Assembly: GCA_964012435.1 (NCBI GenBank)
Contig: CAXGSM010000008.1
Coordinates: forward strand, 1-58,932
From: an uncultured bacterium
Lineage (GTDB): Bacteria > UBP7 > UBA6624
Length of the DNA: 58,932 bases
Direction: 5' to 3'
Shown here: positions 9,278 through 17,905 of the stretch, one piece after another
Layout: each line of letters opens with the position of its first letter
Position numbering within the stretch: the stretch's first letter is position 1
Notes under the pieces: model-generated
Database searches by the model: none
Told to the model about the DNA's origin: nothing
The model's input: the letters and a program-made list of their open reading frames with translations, nothing else
Program-made: the position numbers and the translations under genes

Positions 9278-10146
9278 GCTTCGCTGGATCCGATAACCTT
9301 GCTTTGCAGGTTTTAAAGAATTTGGAAATTAATCCTACCTGGATACTAACTAAGCCACCTTCAAAAAGCGGAAGAGGCTTGAAGTTAAATAGTAATCCTG
9401 TTATGAAATACGCTGCTGATAAAAATTGGAAATGTTGCACTTCTATTGAAAAGGTTAATAACGTTGATTTGTTATTGGTTGTTTCTTATGGGAATATCAT
9501 TCCTGATGAAATGTTGAATTGTAAATTTGGATGCTTAAATCTTCATCCTTCTTTTCTTCCAAGATACAGAGGCGCAACACCTATACAAAGAGCAATTATG
9601 TCCGGAGACAGGGAAGTGGGTGTTTCATGGATAAAGTTGACTAGCGACCTTGATGCTGGACCCATATTGTGTCAAGATAAAGTTTTAGTTAACTATCAGG
9701 ACAAAAATGAAAACTATGATTCTATAAAAATGAAAATTGCTGAATCGGGCAGCGACTTAATAAATAAACATTTGGAGCAGTATATCAATTCAGAATTAAA
9801 ATTAACAGAGCAATTTGGAGAAACAACTTGGGCTAATCGAATTACAAAAGAGGAAAGAGTGATTGATTTGAATCGAACTGCAAAGCAATGCAATAATTTA
9901 ATTAAAGCTTTAGATCCATACCCAGGCGCTAGATGTAAATTTAATAATGAGTGGATTACATTTAAAAAAAGCTCTTTTTCACTCACTCAAAATATTAATC
10001 CAGGCGAAGTTGAATTAAAAGGAAATTCATTAGTTGTAGGAACCTCAAAAGGCATTTTGCTAATTGACACTATTACACCTCAAGGAAAAAGACCCATGTC
10101 AGGAAGAGATTTTTTAAACAGTAGGCCCAATGCAAAATTTAGCTGA
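9265..10146 (+). CDS. fmt: methionyl-tRNA formyltransferase
   Basis: NLHPSFLPRYRGATPIQRAI, LDAGPI, KALDPYPGA, PQGKRPM. The N-terminal strand IFNIGFAGS lies upstream of TTG 9304, so the start is probably ATT 9265 or ATA 9274. Confidence 0.93.
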   Translation: MFNIGFAGSDNLALQVLKNLEINPTWILTKPPSKSGRGLKLNSNPVMKYAADKNWKCCTSIEKVNNVDLLLVVSYGNIIPDEMLNCKFGCLNLHPSFLPRYRGATPIQRAIMSGDREVGVSWIKLTSDLDAGPILCQDKVLVNYQDKNENYDSIKMKIAESGSDLINKHLEQYINSELKLTEQFGETTWANRITKEERVIDLNRTAKQCNNLIKALDPYPGARCKFNNEWITFKKSSFSLTQNINPGEVELKGNSLVVGTSKGILLIDTITPQGKRPMSGRDFLNSRPNAKFS

Positions 10147-11869
10147 AGTCAAGATAATAAAAGAGCTCTTTAGAGAACATCAATTTAGATTTTACAAAGG
10201 CTTGCTTGCAAATAAGAGAGTTTTTGTCTGGGCTGTGAGGAGCCCAGATTTTTCTTGGAGGTCTGCGGAGAAGAGATTTCATAAACTTTTAGATAAAAAT
10301 ATGCCTAACATTTTGACATTAAGGCATTTCGCTTCTTACAGGGGAGAGTATAGGTTTGTTATAGATGGAACAAGTGAATTTAAAACTCTAAAATCATGGA
10401 TAAATTTAAAGCCTGGCTATTCTGAAAAGTTAAAAATTTGTTCTTCCATCTTACGTTCATTGCTGGGGCTTCACAGTCAAGATTTCACTCATTGTTGGAT
10501 TACTGAGGATTCATTTATTATTGACTCAGAAGGAAATGCTTGCATGATTGATTTTCCAGTTAAGAATATGTATTATTCTTCAGTTTTAAAAAAGGATCAA
10601 ATAAAAAGTAATAGCTTATTTGGCTTGCCTCCAGAAGATAAAACTAGACAAAAGATATTTGATACAAAAAATATTGCACTTTTAATTGTAAGAATTTTAA
10701 CTGGCTCTGTACCTCCTTTGGTTGCTGGAAAATTTTTGATTCCAAGGAGTTTAAATCGTGATTTTTCTGGTGCTTTAAACAAAATATTGAATGAAGATAG
10801 TGAAGATATCTTACAAAACATTCCTATTCTTATTGGCAGGATAGAAATGATGAATGAAGAGGAAGACTCTTTGAAAAAGGGAAGTTTATTTAATTATTTT
10901 TCTATTTTTAGTCGTAAATATTTAGAACCTTTTTCTCGTATACTATTGACTGTAGCAAGCATATGGGCTTCTTTTGAGGTTATCTACCTGCTTGGCTTCA
11001 CTCAAATTGATTCAAGGGTCCCAAATGTTATTGGCCAAACTGAATCGATTGGTTTTTCAAAATTGCAATCAAAAGGATTTGATATTAATGTGGTTGGTTT
11101 TGAGGATGAAACTAATTTTGATAAAGGTTTGATTGTACGTACAAGTCCAACAGCAGGATCAAGTTTAAAAAAGGGTCAATTGATTGATGTTTGGATAAGT
11201 TCAGGTTATTTTGAAAATATTATTCCAGATTTTATTGATTTAGATTTTGATGTTTATGTTTCAGAGTTGATAAAAAATAATATATGGCCATCCAAGATTG
11301 AAAGCATTAGAACTAATCAGTTTTTAGATTGGGAAATAAAATCCTTGGATCCACCTCCTGGTTCTAGCTTAAGCCAGGACCAAGACATTGTTTTAAATGT
11401 TTATTTTTTAGAAGATACTGATTTATTTGAATTTCCAGATTTTCAAAATTTAAATATAGGCAATTCTTTACAGTTGCTTAAAGACAAAGACTTTGAAATT
11501 AACGGGGCTGTTAGAACTAAACGCTATCTTGAAGGCAATGTTAATCAACAAAAAATAATATATCAATTTCCAAAATACCAAAGCATGTTACCGGCACTTT
11601 TACACAGCGATCTTTTATTTATAGTGAAGGAGTCCAGTAATTGGAGCTTTGACATGAGTGAATTGCCGCCCTGGGTGAATGATGGAGGCATTGAAATCGT
11701 TGTAAAATATGGTTCTGAAATGGAAGTTTGGAATGAGGTTATAACTAGAGGTCTAAAAAAGGTTTCTTTTCAGTCAAAAATGAATAGTATATTGTTAAGT
11801 AATAAAAAGCCAGTTTCTATAATCATTAGCCAAGATGGAAAATTGGCTTGGAGTTCTCAGTTTGAATGA
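10130..11869 (+). CDS. PknB/PrkC-like membrane protein: degenerate Ser/Thr kinase domain, TM helix, PASTA repeats
   Basis: PASTA repeats (RVPNVIG...KGLIVRTSPTAGSSLKKGQLIDVWISSG; IIPDFID; FPDFQNL); TM near residues 270-292; syntenic between fmt and rpe; kinase motifs substituted. Confidence 0.82.
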   Translation: MQNLAEVKIIKELFREHQFRFYKGLLANKRVFVWAVRSPDFSWRSAEKRFHKLLDKNMPNILTLRHFASYRGEYRFVIDGTSEFKTLKSWINLKPGYSEKLKICSSILRSLLGLHSQDFTHCWITEDSFIIDSEGNACMIDFPVKNMYYSSVLKKDQIKSNSLFGLPPEDKTRQKIFDTKNIALLIVRILTGSVPPLVAGKFLIPRSLNRDFSGALNKILNEDSEDILQNIPILIGRIEMMNEEEDSLKKGSLFNYFSIFSRKYLEPFSRILLTVASIWASFEVIYLLGFTQIDSRVPNVIGQTESIGFSKLQSKGFDINVVGFEDETNFDKGLIVRTSPTAGSSLKKGQLIDVWISSGYFENIIPDFIDLDFDVYVSELIKNNIWPSKIESIRTNQFLDWEIKSLDPPPGSSLSQDQDIVLNVYFLEDTDLFEFPDFQNLNIGNSLQLLKDKDFEINGAVRTKRYLEGNVNQQKIIYQFPKYQSMLPALLHSDLLFIVKESSNWSFDMSELPPWVNDGGIEIVVKYGSEMEVWNEVITRGLKKVSFQSKMNSILLSNKKPVSIIISQDGKLAWSSQFE

Positions 11870-12516
11870 AAATAGCACCCTCAATTCTTGGCTGTAGTTA
11901 TTTGAATTTAGGAGAGCAGGTTCTTTCTGCAATCAAAGGTGGTGCTGAGTGGATCCATGTTGATGTCATGGATGGAAAATTTGTGCCAAATATCAGTATT
12001 GGAATTCCAATTGTTGAGTCTTTAAGCAAGATTGACTGCTTTCAGGATGTTCATCTCATGATTGATTCTCCAGGTAAATATATTCAGAAATTTATTGATG
12101 CTGGAGCTGATGCAGTTTCTTTTCATTATGAAGCAACAAAAAATATCGATCATAATTTAAATTTAATATCTTCAAATTCATGCCTTGCGGGCTTGGCAAT
12201 TAATCCTGATACCAAAATAAGCGTACTTTACCCATATTTGAATAAGGTTGACTACATTGTTGTGATGTCTGTTTTTCCTGGTTTTGGCGGACAGAAGTTT
12301 ATTGGATCAACACCAGATAAAATCTCTCAATTAAGTTTATACAGAAAAGAACATGATTTGAAATTTGAAATTCAAGTTGATGGCGGTGTTACTCATAAAA
12401 ATGCAAAAATGCTACACCATGCTGGAGCAGATATACTTGTATCTGGCTCTGGCGTTTTTAATGATAACTATTCGCCTGCTGATTCTATTTTGAGAATAAG
12501 AGAGGAATGTTTATGA
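11866..12516 (+). CDS. rpe: ribulose-phosphate 3-epimerase
   Basis: IAPSIL, HVDVMDGKFVPNISIG, DVHLMI, MSVFPGFGGQKF, VDGG. Confidence 0.97.
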   Translation: MKIAPSILGCSYLNLGEQVLSAIKGGAEWIHVDVMDGKFVPNISIGIPIVESLSKIDCFQDVHLMIDSPGKYIQKFIDAGADAVSFHYEATKNIDHNLNLISSNSCLAGLAINPDTKISVLYPYLNKVDYIVVMSVFPGFGGQKFIGSTPDKISQLSLYRKEHDLKFEIQVDGGVTHKNAKMLHHAGADILVSGSGVFNDNYSPADSILRIREECL

Positions 12517-13643
12517 AGAATTTTACCAGTGAGTCTGTAACAGAGGGGCATCCAGACAAGCTTGCTGATAAAATTTCAGATAGTTTTTTAGATTTAACTT
12601 TATCTTTAGCAAGTGGTAAAAAAAATGTAAAAGCAGCTATTGAAACAATGCTCACAGGGAGCAAGATTATTGTTGCTGGTGAAATTTCTAACCATCTTAT
12701 AGATGATGTTAAAAAACAATCAGAAACAATAATTCATAATGTTTTAAATGAAGTAGGCTACACAAAGGATTCTTTACAAAAAGATATTAATGAGATTCAA
12801 ATTATTGATGAGCTAAAGCCTCAATCTTTCGAATTGGCAAGAGCCCATAAAGAAAGTAATGATGGAAATGAGCTTTCAGGCGATCAGGGAATGATGCACG
12901 GTTTTGCTTGCTTGCAAACTCCTGTCTTGATGCCCGCTTCCATATCATGGGCACATGATTTGGCAAAAAAATTAACAGAGGTTCGAAAAAATAAAACTTT
13001 ACCTTACTTGAGGCCTGATGGAAAAAGTCAAGTCACTGTTGCTTACAAGGATAAAAAACCGTTTGTGCATTCCGTTGTTCTAAGCACACAGCATGACGAA
13101 AGTGTTTCATTGAAAGACTTACAAAAAGACCTTAAGGAAAAAGTTGTATTTGATGTTTTAGGGAACTTTTTAACTGATCAAAGTAAATTTTATATACAAA
13201 CATCTGGGACATGGTGTGAGGGTGGTCCTGTTGTTGATACTGGATTGACTGGTAGAAAAATAACAGTAGATACCTATGGGGGGTATATTCCCAATGGAGG
13301 CGGAGCTTTTAGTGGCAAAGATCCAAGCAAGGTTGATCGTTCAGGGGCTTATTATGCTAGATTTGCTGCAATTCAAGCTTTGAAAAAATTCAAACATCAA
13401 GGTGTTTCTGAGGTTGAGATTCAAGTAGCTTATGCTATTCATAAACCAAAGCCTATCTCTGTAGATGTGAAAACAGACAGGTCGGATCTAGATTTGGAAA
13501 TAGAAGATTATGTAAATTCTTTGAAATGGGATTTAGCTTATATAAATAAAAAATTAGATTTGTGGAATTGTCAGTATGAGCCACTATCTTCCTATGGTCA
13601 TTTTGGTCGAAAAGATTTGAATTTACCTTGGGAAGACTATTGA
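12513..13643 (+). CDS. metK: S-adenosylmethionine synthetase
   Basis: FTSESVTEGHPDK, GDQG, RPDGKSQVT, DTGLTGRKI, GGGAFSGKDPSKVDRSGAY, YGHFGR. Confidence 0.97.
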   Translation: MKNFTSESVTEGHPDKLADKISDSFLDLTLSLASGKKNVKAAIETMLTGSKIIVAGEISNHLIDDVKKQSETIIHNVLNEVGYTKDSLQKDINEIQIIDELKPQSFELARAHKESNDGNELSGDQGMMHGFACLQTPVLMPASISWAHDLAKKLTEVRKNKTLPYLRPDGKSQVTVAYKDKKPFVHSVVLSTQHDESVSLKDLQKDLKEKVVFDVLGNFLTDQSKFYIQTSGTWCEGGPVVDTGLTGRKITVDTYGGYIPNGGGAFSGKDPSKVDRSGAYYARFAAIQALKKFKHQGVSEVEIQVAYAIHKPKPISVDVKTDRSDLDLEIEDYVNSLKWDLAYINKKLDLWNCQYEPLSSYGHFGRKDLNLPWEDY

Positions 13644-14758
13644 CTTCAGTAAGTACAAAAATTAATCTTGATGCTGTTTCCGGTATAGATATTTTTCCAG
13701 AAGTTAAAGAAAGAATACTTTTGTCACTTGAAAGACAAGCCCCAATTAATACATCTTCTAGGCATTTAGTGGGACAAAATATTTCTGCTGTTTTGGATGA
13801 TTGCACTTCAACTGTTCTTGAATCTTTAGGTTCTAATTTTAAAAATGGAATTTGGACAAGCTCAGCTACAGAAGCTCATCACCTTGTTGCAAATTCAATA
13901 AATCCTAGAAATATCATTATTCCAAGGGGTTCACGATTAAGTTTGATAAATTCAGCCAAAATTATTTCTAAAAAATGTAAATGCAAAATCATTCAGCCAA
14001 AATTTAATTCTTTAAATGGTTTTGATTTAGATTTTTTAAAAGATTTAAATGAAGAAGATGTTCTTTTTATAGATTCTTCTTTAGCTGAAATTGGTTTTGC
14101 TTACGATTTGGATTTTTTAAATTCTATTTTTAGGGAAAATAAAATTAAAGTTCTCATGGATGTTTCATCCTCTTTTGGCTGGAGGGAGATAAAGGATAAG
14201 TTATTTTTTGCAGATTGGGTTACTTGCTCATTTTATAGATTTGGGGGTCCTGCTGGTGTCGGTTTTTTAGCTTCAAGAGCTAATGAAATAAAACCTTTAT
14301 TTCATGGGGTAGAGCAAGAAGGTTTAAGGGGAGGGAACATCCCTTTAAGCTTGATTGAAGGTGCTGCTTATTCAATGGAATGTTTTCAAAGTAAGTTTTC
14401 AAAAGCTATCTCAGAGGGATGGAGAGAGGCTGTTTGTAGCCTGGCAACCTTTATTAAAAAAGAATTCAAAGTTGATCGATTTGAATTTGATAATTATTTG
14501 CCACATGTTATTTCATCACATGTTGAAACAGTTGACCTTGATGCTTTTAGGATGAATCTTTCTATTGAAGGTGTTTTCATCGGCACAGGTCCTGCTTGCG
14601 TCTCTGGAGCAGGTAAAAAAAGTCAAATCTTGGAAGATATGAATATTAAGCATGGTCAAAATTTATTAATTTCTCCTGATTTAAATTTAAAAAATCAAAA
14701 TCTTGAATATTTGTATGAAAAATTAATTAAATCTTGGTCTGATGCCAAGATAGGATAA
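13628..14758 (+). CDS. IscS/NifS-like class V aminotransferase-fold protein, PLP-binding residues degenerate
   Basis: INLDA, WTSSATEA, SFYRFGGPAGVG, LRGGN and GTGPACVSG resemble desulfurase motifs; followed by tusA. Start may be TTG 13640. Confidence 0.8.
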   Translation: MGRLLTSVSTKINLDAVSGIDIFPEVKERILLSLERQAPINTSSRHLVGQNISAVLDDCTSTVLESLGSNFKNGIWTSSATEAHHLVANSINPRNIIIPRGSRLSLINSAKIISKKCKCKIIQPKFNSLNGFDLDFLKDLNEEDVLFIDSSLAEIGFAYDLDFLNSIFRENKIKVLMDVSSSFGWREIKDKLFFADWVTCSFYRFGGPAGVGFLASRANEIKPLFHGVEQEGLRGGNIPLSLIEGAAYSMECFQSKFSKAISEGWREAVCSLATFIKKEFKVDRFEFDNYLPHVISSHVETVDLDAFRMNLSIEGVFIGTGPACVSGAGKKSQILEDMNIKHGQNLLISPDLNLKNQNLEYLYEKLIKSWSDAKIG

Positions 14759-14766
14759 TAACGTCA

Positions 14767-15006
14767 ATGCGTACACACAAGTTAGACACAAGAGGTTTTT
14801 TTTGCCCTATACCTATTATCAAATTAAAAAAACTTTTCTCTAATTTATCTGTAAAGGAGGGTGGGGAGCAGATTGTTATACTTTACTCTGATGATCCTGT
14901 TTCAGATGTTGATGTGCGTGCATGGTGCCTAGATAATCATCAAAAGCTTTTGCAAGTAGAGAAGAAGGGAAAAGATTTAATTTTCAAGATAATAGTGAGA
15001 ATTTAA
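14767..15006 (+). CDS. tusA: sulfurtransferase TusA family protein
   Basis: LDTRGFFCPIP and SDDPVSDVDVRAWC motifs. Confidence 0.9.
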   Translation: MRTHKLDTRGFFCPIPIIKLKKLFSNLSVKEGGEQIVILYSDDPVSDVDVRAWCLDNHQKLLQVEKKGKDLIFKIIVRI

Positions 15007-15041
15007 TGAAACTTTTCTTATTTTAGATTAGTATAGTACTT

Positions 15042-15127
15042 AACACTTCGGTCATAATGAGGGCTAGGCCAAGTGTTGTACCTAGTTTTACCTGGGTGGG
15101 GAGGGCCTACAGGCTCTCCCTTTTTTT
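15042..15127 (+). ncRNA. candidate small structured RNA (three hairpins, last one an intrinsic terminator)
   Basis: -10-like TATAGT at 15032-37; stems AACACUU-C-GGUC/GGCC-AAGUGUU, ACCUAG/CUGGGU and GGGAGGGCC/GGCUCUCCC followed by U7; GC-rich island in an AT-rich gap. Confidence 0.55.
15099..15127 (+). terminator. rho-independent terminator
   Basis: GGGAGGGCC-TACA-GGCTCTCCC-TTTTTTT; overlaps the 3' end of the convergent gene. Confidence 0.85.
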
Positions 15128-16099
15128 ATTATTTATCTTCAAAACTGAAATTATCCCTATAGGAAAGCCAACCCAGAGTGTCGCTATTCTTGTAAGAAAA
15201 GTCCCACTGCTTGCAATCGTTTCTTCAAAACCTGATAATATTAAAAGATTTGTTAATGTTAATTCAGTTGCTCCAAGGCCTCCAGGTATAAACGATAATG
15301 CTCCAGCTAACATTGAAGATGAGTAAAATCTAGTTAGAGCTGTTATTTTTTCAAGTAATAAAATATTTGTGTTGTTATCTTGGAATATTGGAAAATTAGG
15401 AAATATTGCCTCTAGGCATAAAAAACATGTTACCCCCTCTAAAACCCATGCAAACCAACCCCATAGTAAAAGTTGAGGCATGTTTTTTCTTAGCATCTCT
15501 AACGTTTCTAAAAAAGTTTTGACAAATTCTTTTCTTTCTTGCTGAGGTACCGATTTAGAGGCGATTTTTTTTACTAGTGATTTAGCAATTATATATAAAA
15601 GCAGCATTGCAATGATTCCAGAAAACCATGACATTAGTACTAGTTCTATTGAATTCTGATAAAGGTATTGTTTGTTTTTTAAAACCATGTAAATAACAAT
15701 CGGAAAACACAGCATTGTGACACCAGCAACATCGCTTGTCCTTTCTATCCAAATGATAGGTAAACTTTTTCTTGCAGGTATTTTTGTTAAATCATACAAA
15801 TGTAAGCTTTTTGCAACTTCACCAATTTTTCCTGGTGTGAATGTATAAAAGAAACCTGAAAAAAAGGATAAAAATGATTTTGAAATACTGATATCTTCTC
15901 CACTTTTATTTAACAGCCAATGCCATCTAAGCGCCCTTAAGAGATAGTTCAGAAAGGCAAAAAAAACACCAAGTAAAATGAGTTTTGTATTGAAATTTTC
16001 AACTTGCTGAATATTTTTTAAATCTGAATTGAAAATCCAAATAGCATACAGGGTTATCGCTATTGCGCTGCATCTCCAGACTAATTTGATTTTATTCAT
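15107..16099 (-). CDS. lysylphosphatidylglycerol synthase TM domain / UPF0104 flippase-like membrane protein
   Basis: NYLLRALRW, FTPGKIGEVAKS, ERTSD, FIPGGLGATE, TRIATLW; ATG 16099 overlaps the upstream stop. Confidence 0.88.
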   Translation of the reverse strand: MNKIKLVWRCSAIAITLYAIWIFNSDLKNIQQVENFNTKLILLGVFFAFLNYLLRALRWHWLLNKSGEDISISKSFLSFFSGFFYTFTPGKIGEVAKSLHLYDLTKIPARKSLPIIWIERTSDVAGVTMLCFPIVIYMVLKNKQYLYQNSIELVLMSWFSGIIAMLLLYIIAKSLVKKIASKSVPQQERKEFVKTFLETLEMLRKNMPQLLLWGWFAWVLEGVTCFLCLEAIFPNFPIFQDNNTNILLLEKITALTRFYSSSMLAGALSFIPGGLGATELTLTNLLILSGFEETIASSGTFLTRIATLWVGFPIGIISVLKINNKKRESL

Positions 16100-16868
16100 A
16101 TATTGCGTATGCAACCCTTGACCCTTGACCATGTGACCATCTTGTTGGTTCTGGTAATTGTGGATGTTTTTCATATTCAACCTTTATAACAACTTTTTTT
16201 GCTATTTCAAGTGATCTTTTTATTGTTTTTTTAGTTGGCCAACTCTTTAATGCAACCTCACGTAAAGGCATCATGTCGTCAGATTTGAATTTAGGCTTTA
16301 TAAACATTGGAGAAAAGCAAATAACATCAAAATTATTTTTTGAGTTTTGAATATATGTTTCATTATCAATGCATTTTGTTTGTATGTTTAAAGCAGCCTC
16401 TCTTATAAATTTAGGATATTCTGTATTTTCATTGACTCTCTTCAGCCCTTCAGAAGTTATAAGGTGTATGAATTTATTTTTTTCAAGGCCAATTATGCTT
16501 GCCCCACATGATGCAAGCACGAGAGCATCATGAGCCATCCCAAGATTAGCATCAAGTATCTTCATTCCTTTTTTTGGCTTTACGCTCCTGTATAGATGAT
16601 CAGGAAGGTTGTTCCTTAGTGAACCGATTCTGATTTTTGATAAACCCGGGTGCCAAAACCATATTTTTTGATTTGGGGTGTAGGCTTTTAAACCTTGTTT
16701 TTTGCTTATTATCAATATAGGTGAGTTGCTGTTTTTTAGTGAAATTTTTTTTAATGTTTTTTCTTTTCTTTTTTCATATTTACAGTTTAGGTTTTTTGCA
16801 AGATTTTTTGCTTCATCCACTTCCTTTTCTTCTGGTTTTGTTTTGGTCGTTATGATCCATTTTTCCAT
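16092..16868 (-). CDS. class I SAM-dependent methyltransferase (RsmJ-like)
   Basis: FWHPGLSKIRI, ILDANLGMAHDA, FDVICFSPMF, KKVVIK. Confidence 0.75.
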   Translation of the reverse strand: MEKWIITTKTKPEEKEVDEAKNLAKNLNCKYEKRKEKTLKKISLKNSNSPILIISKKQGLKAYTPNQKIWFWHPGLSKIRIGSLRNNLPDHLYRSVKPKKGMKILDANLGMAHDALVLASCGASIIGLEKNKFIHLITSEGLKRVNENTEYPKFIREAALNIQTKCIDNETYIQNSKNNFDVICFSPMFIKPKFKSDDMMPLREVALKSWPTKKTIKRSLEIAKKVVIKVEYEKHPQLPEPTRWSHGQGSRVAYAIYE

Positions 16869-16875
16869 TTTCTAT

Positions 16876-17319
16876 TTATTTTGTTTTTTTAATAAGTCGA
16901 ATATTGTTAATTTCAATTTCTTTTGTTAATGATTTTGTCATATCGTAAATATTCAACAATGCAATCATTACTGCATTTATCGCTTCTATCTCAACACCTG
17001 TTTCAGATTTTGTTGTGGTTTCTGAGTTAACAATCATAGAGTTTCCTTGCCATTTAATTTCAATTTTTACATTTTTTAGATTTATTTGATGGCAAAGAAG
17101 AACTAAGTCCGATGTTTTTTTTGCAGCATTTATTCCTCCCAGTTTTGCAACATTAAATATGTTACCTTTTTTACTTTGTGGGTTTTTTTTCAAATCTTCA
17201 GCAATTTTTATAGGAAAAGTTATTGAACCCTCAGCAATTGCAGTTCTTGTTGTAGGTTGTTTATTTGAAACGTCAACCATGTTGATGTTGCCTTCATTGT
17301 CTAAATGTGTTATCTTCAT
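16876..17319 (-). CDS. moaC: cyclic pyranopterin monophosphate synthase
   Basis: THLDNEGNINMVDVSNK, AAKKTSDLVLLCH, TGVEIEA, IYDMTK; AGGAG SD before ATG 17319. Confidence 0.95.
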   Translation of the reverse strand: MKITHLDNEGNINMVDVSNKQPTTRTAIAEGSITFPIKIAEDLKKNPQSKKGNIFNVAKLGGINAAKKTSDLVLLCHQINLKNVKIEIKWQGNSMIVNSETTTKSETGVEIEAINAVMIALLNIYDMTKSLTKEIEINNIRLIKKTK

Positions 17320-17687
17320 TGATTTATCTCCTCTTTCCACACAGGTAGTCTTTTTTTGCATTCTTCAAGAGCCCATTCTGCCGCTCTGAAGGCTTCTTTT
17401 CTGTGTGGGGCTAATACGCCGATTTGTATAGATCTTTCTTTGGGTTTTATTTTTCCCGAACCATGTCTGATTATGATTTCTTTAACATCCCATTGCTGTT
17501 CTGCTTCATATGCGATCTTGGCTCCCTCAGCTTCAATCATTTCTTGATACACTTCATAATTTATAAACTGGACTTTTTTATTCTTGTTCGGACTTCTTAC
17601 AGTGCCTTCAAAAAGGACCCAAGCACCAGAGTTAGATTTAAAAGGTCTTTTCAGCTCTTTTAACTTACCTTTCTGAAATATTTTCAT
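17316..17687 (-). CDS. moaE: molybdopterin synthase catalytic subunit
   Basis: GAWVLFEGTVR, YEVYQEM, APHRKEAF, KKRLPVWKEE; ATGA overlap with moaD. Confidence 0.93.
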   Translation of the reverse strand: MKIFQKGKLKELKRPFKSNSGAWVLFEGTVRSPNKNKKVQFINYEVYQEMIEAEGAKIAYEAEQQWDVKEIIIRHGSGKIKPKERSIQIGVLAPHRKEAFRAAEWALEECKKRLPVWKEEINQ

Positions 17688-17905
17688 CCTCCAGACATGG
17701 GTGGTAAAAATGCAATTTCGGCATTTTTTGGAATTTTTTGATCCCATTCGCAAAATTCAAAATTTAAAGCAGGTCTTATTTTTTCTTTTTTCAATCTGAT
17801 TTCTTCATCCCAAATTTTTTTTAGAGTTTTGTTTTTTTCCCAATTTATTTTTTTCTCTTTCCATCCCAAATTTTTTGCCAAGTGTCCAAAAAGTAATATT
17901 TTCAT
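17684..17905 (-). CDS. moaD: molybdopterin synthase sulfur carrier
   Basis: MKILLFG...EIAFLPPMSGG with C-terminal Gly-Gly. Confidence 0.93.
   Translation of the reverse strand: MKILLFGHLAKNLGWKEKKINWEKNKTLKKIWDEEIRLKKEKIRPALNFEFCEWDQKIPKNAEIAFLPPMSGG

Noticed and set aside
15057..15326. 89-aa plus-strand ORF over the candidate RNA
   Set aside because: Mostly antisense to the UPF0104 gene and runs through a strong terminator.
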